From Phoronis australis (lineage: Eukaryota > Animalia > Phoronida), in the NCBI GenBank assembly GCA_002633005.1, contig NMRA01000108.1, positions 921,065 to 985,064 on the forward strand: a DNA stretch of 64,000 nt. Reading direction: 5' to 3'. Position 1 is the stretch's first letter; every line of letters begins with the position of its first letter. Below the pieces are notes generated by a model, which worked only from the letters and a program-made list of their open reading frames with translations, had not been told where the DNA came from and did no database searches. Shown piece by piece: positions 28,901 to 43,900 of the stretch. A program made the position numbers and the translations under genes.

Positions 28901-31900
28901 AATAAAGGTTAGGTGAGAAAAAGCTCTTGTGTAAATAAATCAACGTAGTAGCAGCAGCAGCTGATGCAGGCTGCTTATTCTTGTGACTTAGAGGCGGATG
29001 TTGATCTGGCGTGCACATAGGTGAAACGAGCGAGGTATCAGGTCGGCATCTCGAAAAATGGTTACTTACAAAGAAGTCAAAGTTCAGCCATTCACAAACA
29101 CAGTGCTGAGGTGACAGATGTGGGAGTATTAGACAGGGACTTAGAAGCTCAAAGGGAAAATAGTATGATAAAACTCCTTTGAAATGCCGCACCTGTGTGT
29201 GCCCTCCTCCACTCCAGGGAACCTTGATTAATTTAGTAGGCTCAAAAGAGCCCCAGGAGGCCAGTTTAGTGAAGGGATTCAGATTAGCATACCAAATTTC
29301 AACTGAAGCTTATCAGGGGCTAAAAATAAACTGTTAATTTTTTGGTGAGCTCACAGCTTCAGATTGTAAAGAACAAAATCTTAGTTAGATGATAGCAAAA
29401 TTGAGAATTTAGCTCGGCGATTCACCAAATGAATTGTAATATCTAATATCCTTGACATACAAGATCAAATGAACAAATTGAGTATCAAAAAGCACAAGAA
29501 GTTAGTGTGTTTAAAGGGATAGAGATTATTGTCCTAAAAATGATAGCTTCGTGGTAAGTCCTGTCTACACTTTGACTGTGTAATCGACTCATAAGTAAAC
29601 AGGCATGTGTTACCACGTGACTTTACAAGCTAAAAAGTCAAGATAAAAAGTCATATATACAACTTGACTTGCAGGTTAACTTTTGACTACTGTCTAAACA
29701 TTTCAGTTGTTATTTACCAAGTTGATACTAAGTCCTGTAAGACATAAGGTAATTGAAGTGTGCAGGCAATAATTTGGGAACTAAATCTCATTGCTATACT
29801 TGCTGCGGTTACTTCAAGGTGACTCGGGATTTATCCCAGGTCGCCAAACACAACCCGAAGTCGCATTGACGAGCTGCGGGTCGCCAAATCGAGCACTGCG
29901 GCATACACATGGGTTGTCAACGTCATCGAACTAACAGTAATCAAATTATTTTATACTATTCCAATATAAGAGCAATTTGCCCCCATCATTGGTGAACACT
30001 CTTTTGAGCATATGATTTATAATTTTGGGTGTGCGAAATAAGGAGAGTGTGCTAAATATGTGGAGAATTATCGTAATGCTAAAATGGTCAGAGGGCACAA
30101 ACACTGACCTCAGAAATATAGGAACAAATTACTAAACAGCTGTTCGAGTCCAGTGGACACACCTTTAATCACTCAATAACCAAAGCAAAACGTAAAAAAT
30201 CACTAAGGTGTGTTAACCAAACACTCATCTAATTCTTCATCGGTACTTTTAATGTGTTCCCTGTGAAGTGTAAAACCTCCCAGTCAACAAATGGTTTGGA
30301 TTGAGTTTCACAAAACAGGTACGTCTAAATAGAAACCTTAAGCAACAAATACAGCCGCAAAAATCAGTACAGAAAGTTTGTCCGAGTCAATTCTAATGAA
30401 GAGGTTTAAGGCAATTAAAAGAGGTATGCAGCTCCTTGTATTTCTTACCTTAAAATGGCGTAGGACAACACGGCAATTTAGCGTATAACTTAGGTTGTGA
30501 AACATCATACATTTACGAATTTACGTCTTGCTCCTGACCCTGCTCTTACTAATTAGGTTAAAATTACAAATACAATCCCAATAGAAACAGTAAAAATAAC
30601 AGTGGCAGATTTAGAGGGGGCCAAGAGGGCCATGGCCTCCCGAAATTTCTCCCAGATTCCATTTGGTAGTTCGGGGGTGTGAATGTCTGACGAGCAAAAT
30701 CCTGGCTAATACTCTGCCCTGGCCCCCTAACTCAAAATCCTGGATCTGCCCCTGAAGAACCACCTTAGACAATCATGTGCTTCACAGACACCGGCCTACC
30801 ACGGACCAGTACTGGACACTCTACTTCTACAGGTGACGCCACTTATTAATTTCAGATTTCAAACAGCAACATTTCTACGATATGAAACAAATGTAATCAA
30901 CACATTTGTAATTATTGTGTTTACAAGCTTACTGCTTTTGTGGCAATTGCTAATTTTTTTACCACGTATTAATCGGTGGCAAATCTACTGTGCAAACCAT
31001 GCAAACAACAAATTCGAATTTTCCTAAGTGTTGTTGCTGTTTGAGAAATGTCCCTACACTACGAACAATTTTACTGTAATTCCCCAGGCCTCAATCAGAA
31101 ACCAGCTTTTATTGGAAATGCGGCTTTCACTAGAAGCTGGAGGAAGGATCCCCAAGGCTACAGTCCTAAACCACTTCCCTTGTTCATAAAAGAGCAACTG
31201 TGGTTTAATTCCATTATCTAGCACACATATAATAGTAGTAAATCTATGCAGCATTTGTCCAAGGCCCATAACAGGTAATTTTCAAGGTTTATATAAGGTA
31301 TAGGGCTTACTGTAGTATATGTTGATGTTGACTTCTTAGTTAATGTGTCTGAGTAACTCAAATGGGGCAACTTACAAACTGTATATTGTATACACTGGAA
31401 AATGTACATGACTTTCTTAAACCGTGCAGGGCATGTCCGATCTTTGAACAATGAGAATAATTGGTTGTTGATCATGAAATTTAAGTCCATGGTGTCGAAA
31501 ACTTCAAAAAAGTGTGTATGTGTTGGATCCACACACTTAGATGGTGTATTTCACCTTTTAGCTGGTTAAAGAATGAAAATAAACCCTGTATTTGCAATTT
31601 TTGGGTGTGCCAAGCCCAATGAACTCTGAACCCGGCATTTTCTTGTGACTTCAGTCAATAACAGAAATAGAATCCTATCACGCTAAGGAATAATACGACT
31701 GATTTTATTTTAGCCAGCTAAACAGGAAGGAACGTGGCTTTATGAACTTTGTTTAAATGCAGCAAAATTTTATTTAATACAAACGTAATTTGCATAAGAC
31801 AGGTTTCATCATACTCCAGTAGAATTTCTCAGGTTCGACTAAATCCGACTTCTGTGAGTTTTGCAACATCCACCCTTTTCACAACCCAAATTGAAGGGCT

Positions 31901-34900
31901 CATTACTAATCCCTCTAAAGCCAAATAAACTGATATGTAAATAAACTGATGTTTCTAGCAGCACCAGTTTCTCACAAGTTCAACCCAACAGAGCCCACAC
32001 CACCATCCACCTCTCTGAAGTTAATCTTCCAAGGCCCACCACAAATCCTCTTCTAGACTGATTAGCCAGCAGGAACTAATCCAATTCAAAACTTACAACA
32101 GTCAGCATGGTTTGGACCAATTCATGTAATCCTTCTTAAGTCCCTCATGGCCATGTGACATGTCACAGTCAAGAGATGCAAACATTTTTATTATCCAAAA
32201 GACTGCAATGACAAAAGTTCTCTAATCTAATTCCACCAGAGGACTAAACTCAAGTACTGGTAACAAGAATAGCACCACTGGTAGGCTGATGGCCTGTGAA
32301 GTGAACAGCAATGATTGTTTGTTCACAGTCAATCCACATCAAGTCAGCCTGGAGCTGGTTGGGCTTGAAGTGAATAGACCTGGACAAACAGGGAGACTCC
32401 AGCATAAATGGGATTGGATAAATATGGAATTCTGAACACTCAACAAAATGTATCTGTCCTGTCCTCAGGCACTAGGATTCTCTTGACAGCCATTGACAGT
32501 TTTTGAAAAGGAATATTGACTAGAACTGACAAGCCATAGCCAATACTGAAGGGATATCAATTACGCCTAAATAAATACTGAAAGTTGAAGTGCTGTCCAA
32601 CAGAAATAGAAGAGCAAACGATATGTTAAACAAATCAAAACTAAAATGCATTCTAATCCTAGTAATGTATTGCTCCATCTAGCATCAATCACTGTAATTG
32701 TTTTTGGCACATAACATTGTGATTATGTACATGTAGTTTCCATTGTCAAGTGTTTCATTTATGTACCTGACTTGCTTTCTCCTTCCAAAAAATGTAAAAA
32801 TATTCTTTTTAATTCCTGGAATTAAACTGTAGTCACATGTACAGTGCAATTTAACTGTGTATCAGCATTCTTACTACTTCACTGCCAAAGGTGTGCATGG
32901 TGTAACTTCTGTGACGTCATGAAATAATTATGACTTTAACAGGTGGATAGTGAAGTTGCAACTGTTTTGAGTGATTGACAAATCAGCGCATTGATTTTCA
33001 GCTCACTGGTTTTGATTTGACAGTGGACTTGGGTGTATTTATCCGGTAATAGTCATGCACAGGGGTCCAGGATTTTGAGACCCCGCTTTCTTTATTCAAG
33101 AACGGGCCTTAAACTGGTTCTCAAAATTCAGGATCCCAATTAGCGATTATTTCCATTCATTTTACACTCCTCACTGATTTGTCTAAGATTTGTTTAGATA
33201 CATTTCTAAGTCAGTAATTACATCCAGTCAGTTGAGATGTGAACGGTAAAGTTTCCTTAAATTTGAACAAAAATAATGGCCAAAAGTGTTATTTTTATTT
33301 TTGAAATGCTCACTACAATTTCAAAAATGTTCAAAATTTCATCGTATGTTTGTTCAAGACCGACGTACTATATTAAGTTTTCAAATAATCAAGTAAATTA
33401 TTCTTGTTAAGTACTTTTTTTAAAGAAACTTTACCAAAATTGCTGTGCCAACTCATGTCTCATTTCCGACATAGCAATGACATTGGGAAGTACACCTAGT
33501 GCTAGATGGTGAACTGTGTTCTGCATTCGTGACAGTAGGATTTCCCAACGCTTTTGATGAATTCTTTGCAACTGCCAAGCCATAAACCCGCCACAGTTGA
33601 GTGGTGGTATATTCGAACGATTCACATACGAATGGCCATTTCAAACTGTCCACAAATGAAAAAATTGGCATTCGTCCCTGTTTACTCGGCCAATCTCGCA
33701 CACCAGAATTATAAATTGGGTCAAGTGTCGCTTTTGTGCTCTCACAACAGTAAAGAATTGTATGTACAGTAGAATGTTTACTAATGTCCTTTGACAACAG
33801 CATTGTATTTGAATCACTGAAATGATTTTTCACCTCTGTGAAAGCTCAGAAGTCACCTCTAATCCGATTAACCTATTATGCATTGAGACCTTATTTCATA
33901 ACAATACATGGTCTAGTGTTGACATCCAAAAATCACCAAAAGCAGGTGGTTTGGGACAGTATGATCAAAATGACAAGAACTTACATTTGTGTCAAGTCCT
34001 CCTGTTTATAGTTTTACAAATTAGCCTAACCAATTTTTAAATGTTCAGAGACGCGAGACCAAGCGCACATGCGTGGCCACTGGCATAGCCACGTGGGAAA
34101 ACAACGGAGCCAAGATCACTCATCTTCATTCGAAAAAGCCCTTCTATGGTCAGAATTCACTTCAATTTTCTGTTTGCACCTGTTTGCCCATTGCAAAATG
34201 CACCCAGGTTGCCACTCATTTCAGTCTCCCCCCTCCCCTCCGTTCTTTGCCGCCAACCATTTCACATGTTGCCCCCCCCCCACCCCCGTTGAATTATACT
34301 TCTGGTTTCACCAGTCCTGGTGGCCAATAGTTTTAACCACAGTATTAGTGACGAGATTTTTTTACTCAACTGTGAGTCTGCCAGGCACTGAATCACAATC
34401 TGGGTGGAAAACTCACCCCAATCCATACGATTACCAAACTGTCACTAGCAATTTAAGTCGTAAACCATGAAAGTAACACAGACAAATGAAAGTTCTGTAG
34501 ACGCTCATGAACCCTGGACTATAATCCCTAGTAACAAACTATCCAGGGAGAAATAAGTTTCATTCCTCACCAAGAAATAAAACCTTCCCGGGCAAACAGA
34601 TTGGTGAGATTTAAATACCAGTTTTGTTTATGGTAAACAGACTAGGTTACCTTGATCAAATATTGAACATTGCTAGCGACACTTATACCAAGGGTTTACA
34701 GAAATCCATCTCCATTCCCATCTCATATCTTACCTAAAACCCAAGCCTTTAGTGTTTCTCAAATAAGAGAAATCAATTTGATTTTTTAAGACAGAAAGAC
34801 ACCACTTAAGAAGTGTCAAGAGTGGACATCAGTGTAGCAACACAACCTAAGCAACTGTAGGTCGCCATTCACAGAAGAATCGCTCAACATCACTGTCGCA

Positions 34901-37900
34901 AGTCTAGCAATAACTATGGAGTCTGGATACTAGAAATCACCATGCTAAACCTCAGATAGTTTCAACACTGCATTAATGCAATCCTGACCAGTCTTCCACC
35001 AAGACCAGCACGACCAGCTACAGGTAAATCCTATCCAGAGTGTTATGTATTGACAGGCAGTGTCAGGAGAAAAGTATATGCTCGTGTGTAGACAGTCTTT
35101 TCTAGCTTTGGCCAGCATGTGGGAGTCAACATACATAAGCTGAAAATGCCTACCTTTTCAAGGACTGCCTGTTGTCCAGTGTGTTTGTTCCCCAATTGAT
35201 GTAGGTGACTAAGCAATGAGGGGTGCATTCCAACAGCTACAATGGTGTTTGTATAAGGTAGTGGGTATATAAACACACACACACTGCACACACCACAGCC
35301 AATACACTGGAGAGTGGAGGGGTCAGAGGTAAAAGGTCACCTTATGAGGTTATAGATGACCTAAAACACCAGCGCCACCACAATTCAAAATAGTTATATG
35401 CAGACAAGTACTTGTGAAATTTAGCAATTAAGTGGCAGGTGAATGTTGCGTGGTTAGAATTTAACCCTTGAAAACACAATATATTTATTGCCAACTACAC
35501 AGCTTGAGCACGAAAAAATACCATAAAAGTACCATTCGTAACATTGTAAGCCTCAGTGTGGCACAGCAGACTATCAGCAGAAAATCTCCATTCACAAATC
35601 AGCAATTGCATCACAGGTAAATTGTCCATTGAATCCTTTTGTGGGTGTCCATGCTTGCTTGAAGGATAGTATCAAAGCATGGAACAAGCCCATGGGGAAA
35701 TTTTAATTTCATATTTTCACACATAACTAACCTTGAATGACTGGAGAAGGATAAGCAAAGGCAACAACCTGAGCAGTGACCACACTGACCTGTAAGGTGG
35801 TGATTATGTAACAATACACCAGCTCCCAAATATCAGGTGTGGTGATAAGGCACCTTCCTCCAATTAACAGGTTCTAAGCAATCTTCTTCACAATCAACAC
35901 CAGCCAGAACAGGTGTTTTGGAGCATTCTTTTCTTGTGAACACAATTCCTATCTTAAGAGGTGAACTTCTTCTCTTGTGCACTACATTTTTGTCCTTTTG
36001 AACTTATTTCTCACCTCTTGAACCATGTCTTGTGAAAAGAAGTATGGTTGGAGAGGGAAAGAAAGAACATTTTAGACCAAAATTGTGATAGATAAGAAAC
36101 AAGTCTCAGGAATATAGTATTAATGCGAAAAGAATGCTGGAAATGCAGCAACAAGCGAAAAATTCTCAAACCTTAATTAATGCTTACCAATGCAATGAAC
36201 TATGAAAAATCTACCAAGAATGACAAAATTTCTTTCAGCATTTTCTCACTAATTTCATTGTCCCTGCCTCAGCGTTGAGAAGAGAGCTAGTCGGGAAGAC
36301 CACTAACGTCTTCTATTGGATCAAAGCCAAAGAAGATCACAACTTCATAGAAAACGGGATGACTTAACTCCAAAGCATACACAGATAGGAGCTCTCAACA
36401 AAGTTATCGACAGGACTGGATCCTTGTCAACAATGACCTTTTAATATACCTGTTCTTCCCACACCAACATATCACTCCTCAACTATGGAATGTACAGACT
36501 GACACCAACATTACTGCTACTGCAGGGGCTTTATGACATTGAAAATTCCCTAAGGCGGCTGGATTAGAGTTATGATCAGCATTGTGAGTTTTTGAGAAAG
36601 TGGAAATAATCCTCTGTACACGTCACAGTGTTGGGTAATACTTCACTTATTTAACACAAAAGGACAACAATTGAAATTTCATTTTGTAAAATGTCTCCAC
36701 AAAGAAAAAAGTTAGAACATTTTAGTCTATTACAGGAAGATATTGTAGTTTGAATACGTCACAAAACAACATTTTTTTGCAAAAAGGTATTCAGCCTTTG
36801 AAAAATGGAAAATTACAATTTTGGTAAATATTTTTGTGAAAAATAAGTGGAGAATTGCCTTACCAATACAAAGTTACTTGACGCCCAATTTGACCGGCAT
36901 CCAAAGAAACAAAACTCAGAGAAATTACAGCAAAAATTTCTGCAAACACATTAAATTGGCCGCCACCCATTAACTCACAACTAGAAAGCACCATTGAGAG
37001 GCCTGGCCATAATTGAATTGATAAATGACATCGCAGATCAAAGAGAAATGAGAAAAGTCTTTCTCAGACAGTAATCAGGACAACAAGTCAACTCTGCTAA
37101 TGTTTGGGCACAAAACTGAATTAACACCAAATCTTATCGATTCCGACTGCCCACAACGAATTACAGCTTACGTTCCATTCTCACTCAATATAAATGCTGA
37201 TAGCAAAACATCTAGAGAGTACAAACAACCATCTTAGGTACACAGCAAAATACACTAACCAGATTATCAAAATCTTTGAATAAATAGTGAAAGATTCTCT
37301 TCAGACTATTAATCACTGCAACCAGGTCTCAACAATGTTTTAGAATGCTCAGAAAAATAATCAAACCCATTTCAAACACCTGCAAGTTCTTCTACTTTAT
37401 CAGTACATTTGAATAGTTTTTTTCCAAATTACTTGAGGCTTTTTGAAAATATTTAAACTAAGCCCAATCATTCGCTACACTGTTTCATAAAAGATGCCAC
37501 TTGGACATGACCTTTTTATCAACAAAATCAATTCTCGAATTACATTATATTCTTTTGATCTCGGCAAAGTCAGGGGCAGTTACACTCACAGCTTAAAAGG
37601 CACAGAACTGTGTGTTCACAGAACTATTAAATTACAAAATGATTCACCTGGCCGAAGCCTGAAGAAAACTTTTAGATTTTAAGAAAGCATTTGATTGGTA
37701 AGTTGGCATCACAGGCCACCTGACATGCTCAAACTGACCAAAGTGTGGCAGCGCCTAGACTACTCAACGTTTCATAGTGATTTGCCCTCTTTATTAAAAG
37801 TTCGCTGCTATGTACACGATGGACACATGACCTACTTGAAGGAAATCTGCAAATCATACAGGTGTATCATCAGGCCAACTTAGGTGCCTGACACTCAACT

Positions 37901-40900
37901 GAGGGTATTGGCGTCTCTGCTTTCTGAAGGGCCTTTCATACTAACGTCGACAGCATCAGTTAACTTCACAGTAAACAGGTGGGTTTAACAGTGGAGCGTC
38001 GATGCCGTGGTGCAGTATGAATAGTCAACTTCGGTCCCAGGTGCTACTGTTATCGTCAACAATTAAGGGGTAGTGTCGTCACTAATAGTTGCTTATATTT
38101 TGCTTGAATAATCACTAATCGAAGTAAAAATAGTTTTATGTCAATTAGCACATGTAAATGTTCCCAAATTGTCACATTAAAAAAAACCTTAGCGTGCAAC
38201 GCTACCTTGCGAATACGTCGATGACAACAGCGTTACCTACTGTTTACTTCAATGTCTGTTAACTACCGAAGCCGGTATGAACGGTTTAGTTAACTTCCTA
38301 GTTTATGTCGACGCTTCGAAGCTGAGCTCGGAGTTAAGTCAGTATGAAAAGGCCTCGAGACGGAGATGGGAATTTCTTGGTTGAAGGAAAGCTATCCAAA
38401 TCCTCACCAGCAATGCCTCAAGTAGCCAAAACTAACAATAACATTTTGCAGAAGTGATTCCAACATTGAAAGGAATTTTTAATCACTGGAGGGAAATTTG
38501 TAGGTCTGATGAGGGAATTTGGCATGATTTTTAAATATTTTTCGTAGCAGAATGGGGTCGATATTCGGCCTTAAAGTCAAAGCATTGAAGGCCTTCAAAT
38601 TCCTGAGACAAACCAGCACATTAGAAGACTTCATCCATGAACAACTGTGTACCATGGGGTCCCCATGAGTGATAACAAAGCAAGAAGTCCAATGGGCCCA
38701 ACCCTGAGACATGAACACATTTGGGGCACCACACAAAACATGAGCCTACCTGCCAGCTTTTTTCTGAAAAACAAAATGCTAAGTCATTCCCAGTGCTGCG
38801 CACAAAACCCTCAATCTAGTTCAACATTATTTGCAACCATGTACAAATTAATAACTCCACTACTTTGTGACCACAGTAAGAGCTTCGAAAATAAGTTCAT
38901 ATTGTAGCAACTTAATACGTATGTAGGTTCCACAAGATGACCGGAGCACTTAGCATTCAAGTACTGTATCCTATGTTCGAATTGAATTTCCACTTCAGAA
39001 ACACAGAAATGATTCTTTCACTTGTTCTAAACATAGCGTATCAGCTTTGTCAAAAAATCCCCTGCACTGGAGCTAGAACCAAACAACTGGTTGAGTTTGG
39101 TGCCAAAACACAGATTTTTTTGTTCTCTGAAATAACGGTTGACTGTGACAGTTTCCATGCACCACAATTACAAACTTTAGGCTTACTTCCAAGAAAAGCA
39201 ACATTAATTCCCAGGAAAACCATATATCCTGGTACTCATATTTTAGAATATTTTTGTTTTGGGACATCCTGCATATGTCGTAAAGACATTTGATAAAGTT
39301 TCCGTTCTTTGCAGCGAGGTGGTGACTCTATGAAATTATCAAAATGATAATTTTGCTAATTATTTGTTTACACCAAAGACTTTAAATTATTTAAAATCGG
39401 ATTGAGGTTCAGCCCGAGTTAGGAAATGTAAGTAAGTAGTTTGAACCATAAATCAATTCAACATGTACCCACTCGTGGAGGTCCTCATTTGAATAGATTT
39501 TAAAACCTAAGCGATTCCTACCTTGTAAGGTGTGACCCAGTGAGGGAAAACGTGTGTCCTATACTAGGGCATGTCCAGACCTTGGTTCTATTACCTTTGT
39601 CCAAGTTTTCCCATGTTGCTTAGGAACGGCAACAGTAAGAAGGGCGAGTGAGGCTCCTTGAAATCTGGAGGGACGTGAGTTTGTTCTGAAAAGGTAGAAG
39701 GATTTCCCTGAGCAATTGGAATCTTGGAGCAGATCTTATGTAGTGTTGACAGGGAGGCGACTTACAGCAGCAGCTCAGGATAATTTGATTCATAGTGAAT
39801 GGATTCAGAATACAGTACTTGTGTGAGCAACCCCCTACGGTCATTAATTGGGGAACTCAAAAATGACGGGGGGGGGGGCGTTAAGGTAAGCATGGTCTCT
39901 TAAAAAATTTTTTTTTGAGAAGTCGGAGGGGGTACCTACACGAATGACTGATCGGGTTAACACCCAGGGAGCTACATAGACATTGAACTTCACATGCAAG
40001 AGTTAATTAAAACACAAGTCAATTGTCAGCAATGTAGTAATGGACTTGCAGTCTAGAATGGAGCGATCGTGTGCAGTAGTTCAACAGTTTGACCAATTAA
40101 TTTTTACGTAACACATCTTCGAAATATCGGATGCAAATCTTACACACACATAATGAGTTGGCCACGTGCTGCTCACACAAATATCATCACCACTTTGCAC
40201 ACATGTACGATCAAATGAAGAAGCACATTGAGTAAGATAATATTTGAATGCGTGTGAACCAAAAGAACCATTTCAGGTTTCCTTTGATAAAGAGCAGGGC
40301 AGCATGGGTAGACCTATTTTCCCACTCCAATAAGGCAAGTTTCTGCCGAAACTGGCCATCACACAAAGCTAAGCGACTTGTGTACATTTTGGGACAAGAC
40401 CGACATTCACAAAGATTCAGGCACTTATAAGGGAGTCTCTAGCATATACATATTGCCTCGGTTAAGCCGAGCATGGACGAGACAATTACTAAAGAGGAAG
40501 TTTGAAAATTTTGGGGATGGGCGGTAAGTCAACTAGCCACAGCATCAAGGTTATGTTGGACCTTAAAGAGAAGTCTGTCCATTCAGCCAAATAACTACAA
40601 AATTCAATAAATTTTACCCAGTAAAAGTAAATATTTTCTCAAAGTAGAAACTTGCAGAATTTGATTTTTGACTTCATACTTATCTGTAAATAATTGAGTC
40701 ATGTGATCAAGTCTTTATAGCAAGATTTCTCAACAAGAAAGGTACATTTGTTGCAAAAGAAACAATACATTATAAATAACATGACCCAATTTCATTTAAA
40801 TTTTATGCAACTTCTTTCATAAAACCATAAAAGTCCTATTTTTGATACATCTCATGCAAAAGTGGAACATTTTGAAAACAATTTGTACCCACAAACGGAT

Positions 40901-43900
40901 ATTGAGTAGTGGGATCGAGGCCAACAGAAAACTGTTCACCTGCCATTTACGAGTGTTTATGAAAATGATCAGTTTCTTTCTTCATCAGATGTGCTTTCTT
41001 TTGTTTATTCACTATGTGCGTCTATTGAGAGCACGTCATCGGGTAGCTACAGCGACAAAGAACAAGATGTTTTGCTAGACCCACGTAATTGTATATCGGT
41101 GCCGTGGCCTCTGCTGATAACTTTGAAATAGCTTCGCTCTGATCGTTCCCACCAGCCGAAGTTTTGGCGAGTTGCAAAGCTTCATTTTTAAAGCCCACTA
41201 TTTCCAGCAATGAGTTTCGCTTGCAGGTTAACTACTGGAGTAAACCTTTCCCACTTACCAAACTTCAGTAAAAACGAAGTTTCACCTCTAATGGGAAAGC
41301 ACCTCAAGTGGATGCAAGTGAAACAATTTCAAGGCAATTTCACAGTCTAGTTCATTTAGAAAACATCTAACAGCTTCCTGGCACATCAACCTGTGTAATG
41401 TTACGCAGGCCACTTCCCTGAGATTAGCCAAATTACCATAAACTATCAAAGGCAAAGGGAAATTGATGAAGTGCTGTGTGATTTATCAGGGCTTAGAGAT
41501 AAATTGTACCCAAAGGATGTAATTATATAGAGAGTGATTTTGACTCCGACTGAAAAACTAGAATGAAGCTAGCGTTATCTTTGCGAGATTCTAATTAGTA
41601 AAAAACAAAACACATGATAAATCGAGTAGTTAAGCGGTATTAATGGCAAAATCAAAGTCGTGGCATTTGATTATCAATCACAACATCACACAAGCAATTG
41701 GTTTTAGTTTTGAAAGGAGATAAAAGGTGGAAAATGCTGGCAACAAGCAGCGTAACGTGTTACATCCAGTCACGGGGATCACTTCCTATTTAGGGGGGTA
41801 CGCATCAGCAGAATCGAAAATGTTCCTTCAGATGACATAAATCCAACAACTGCAGGAAAACAAAAGAAATAACAAACAGCCAGCTTGCAACAGAAATTTG
41901 TGTTCGTTAAGTGACTCCTTGGGTCTTCCGCTGGCGCACTAGTAAATTTTAAGCGTCCTAACTGACCCAGTTTGTCAAAACAACAGAAGAAAATCAGATT
42001 TGTATACAATATATTTCCTTTGACACTGCCATCAGGTAATGGAGGAAACGAACCATAGGTGGATTTAGGGTGGCTGGGGTCCAAGAGCCCCTTGGGCATG
42101 ACCAAAAACACTGATGACATATCCCTTAGGATAATCCTGACTGCACTTCTTATTCATACTGTTCTACCAGGATGAACACCCGACCATTGAAAAATAAAAA
42201 TGACAATGACAAAACACCGTCACTGCAAACAAATTTAAAGCTCTCCAGTATATTTCCAAACATTTTGTTTTCATTTGCATAAGCTAAGGCTGTAGAATGT
42301 CAAGAAACAACTTCAGCCAGCAATGTCCCATCAATCAAGCTGCAAGAACAAAGTACTCTCAACATGAAAAATCAAGCTGACATTTCCTTGTTCTGGAGTG
42401 GCATTTTTTGTTTTTTCTGGAACATAGGCTAATTCTTTGCTTCTATATTTGCGAAAGTTGTCATTTCAGAATTTTCAAAGGCTATTTATATCACTGTAAA
42501 TACCACATTGCAAAATGTTATTTCACAATATCTCCACAGAACAAATGAAGTTAGTGATAGACTCAAATTTTGTTTTTATTGACGGAAACAGGTGGGAAAC
42601 AATGCGTGTTGTTTCCGTTGTTGCACTCTTAACCACCTACCTGTGTACAGATGACCATCTGATTTTCGATACTGAAAAACTATTGGTTGGCAAGGACATG
42701 TTGGCAAGGACATGTTGGCAAGGACATGTTGGCAAGGACATGTTGGCAAGGACATGTTGGCAAGGACATGTTGGCAAGGACAACCTAATGGTGAGAAAAA
42801 TGGAAAAGCCCAAGAGCAGTCACGAATACCGATGATCCAACACTCCCGCAGTCAAAGATATTACATCCAGCACTGTAGGTAAATTAAGAGGTAAGTAGGC
42901 GCCCAAAGCCTACCGTACCACCTTGAGCACTGAACATAACTTACAGAGCATAGGTGCTACGTTCAAATGCCAAAAGGTGGTTGGCTGCACCATGTGTGCC
43001 TACGCACCATTACAGCACTGATTACATCCTCATAATCAATTCATCACGTGAATTTTCAAAACACAGCAAGAACACCTGGTTTATCTACAGTAATTCTTCT
43101 CAAGTTTAGCACACAACATGACCAATAAGTGAAGTTGTATTTTGCCAAATTTATCAAAAAAATATAGATCAAGAAAATTTTAGTCTATTGCCTGCAAGGC
43201 GTGTACTTCGTAGACGTCATAAAACAACTTTTGGTAAATTTCCATTCTTTTCAGTAAAGTAATCAGCCTTTGAAGAACGGGAAAACGACAATTTTTCGTG
43301 CGAAACAAGTGGAAAATTACGATAACAAAAATCTGGTGGCAGTAATTCTTGAACAATAACTGTTGTCATTACTAGTGCTCTGTCCATCATCAATAGAAAG
43401 TCATGAAATTTACTTTTAGTTGCTTAGCCAATTTAAATAAAGCTATTGATTTCTATTCATTTATGACGCGGACGAAATTTGCTGAAAATCTATACTAAGT
43501 GATCTTTTGTCAAAAACAAAAATGGTTCACGACAGCATTGAAAAACCATTTCTCCACCATCTTGGTCAAGTACAGGGTGAACCATGAAACAAAACCACAA
43601 AATTCTATATAAAATTCTCTATTTTAAATCTTTTGGAAAGAACAAAAAGAACAATGCAGACTGACTCATATGGTTAAACAAAGTGGAAAGATCGTCCATA
43701 GACTGAAATCCAGGTATACCAAACTTGAAAAAATAAATGTATGCGTATAAGGTTAAAGTGCTTCAAACCACCGTTTATCTTGTTTTGATGAGTGACTACA
43801 TTTCCAGCATCATTAAACCTTACTTTCTAGTGCACGGCATATCACAATTGTGAATTCAATGTCCCAAAGACAAGAAAATGGAAGAAAAGCGACTTCAACT

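Noticed and set aside
28960-29110. Minus-strand exon HCVCEWLNFDFF, or plus-strand GIY-YIG relic (VHIGETS)
   Set aside because: The exon does not fit the phase 2 intron on its own, and the Penelope resemblance rests on about five residues.
41779-42120. 113-aa minus-strand ORF
   Set aside because: Partly built from a CAGTGGCGGAT-family MITE end, with no phase-compatible splice sites.
42515-42835. ORF with a repeated GKDMLARTCWQGHV peptide
   Set aside because: Artefact of translating the 14-bp minisatellite.
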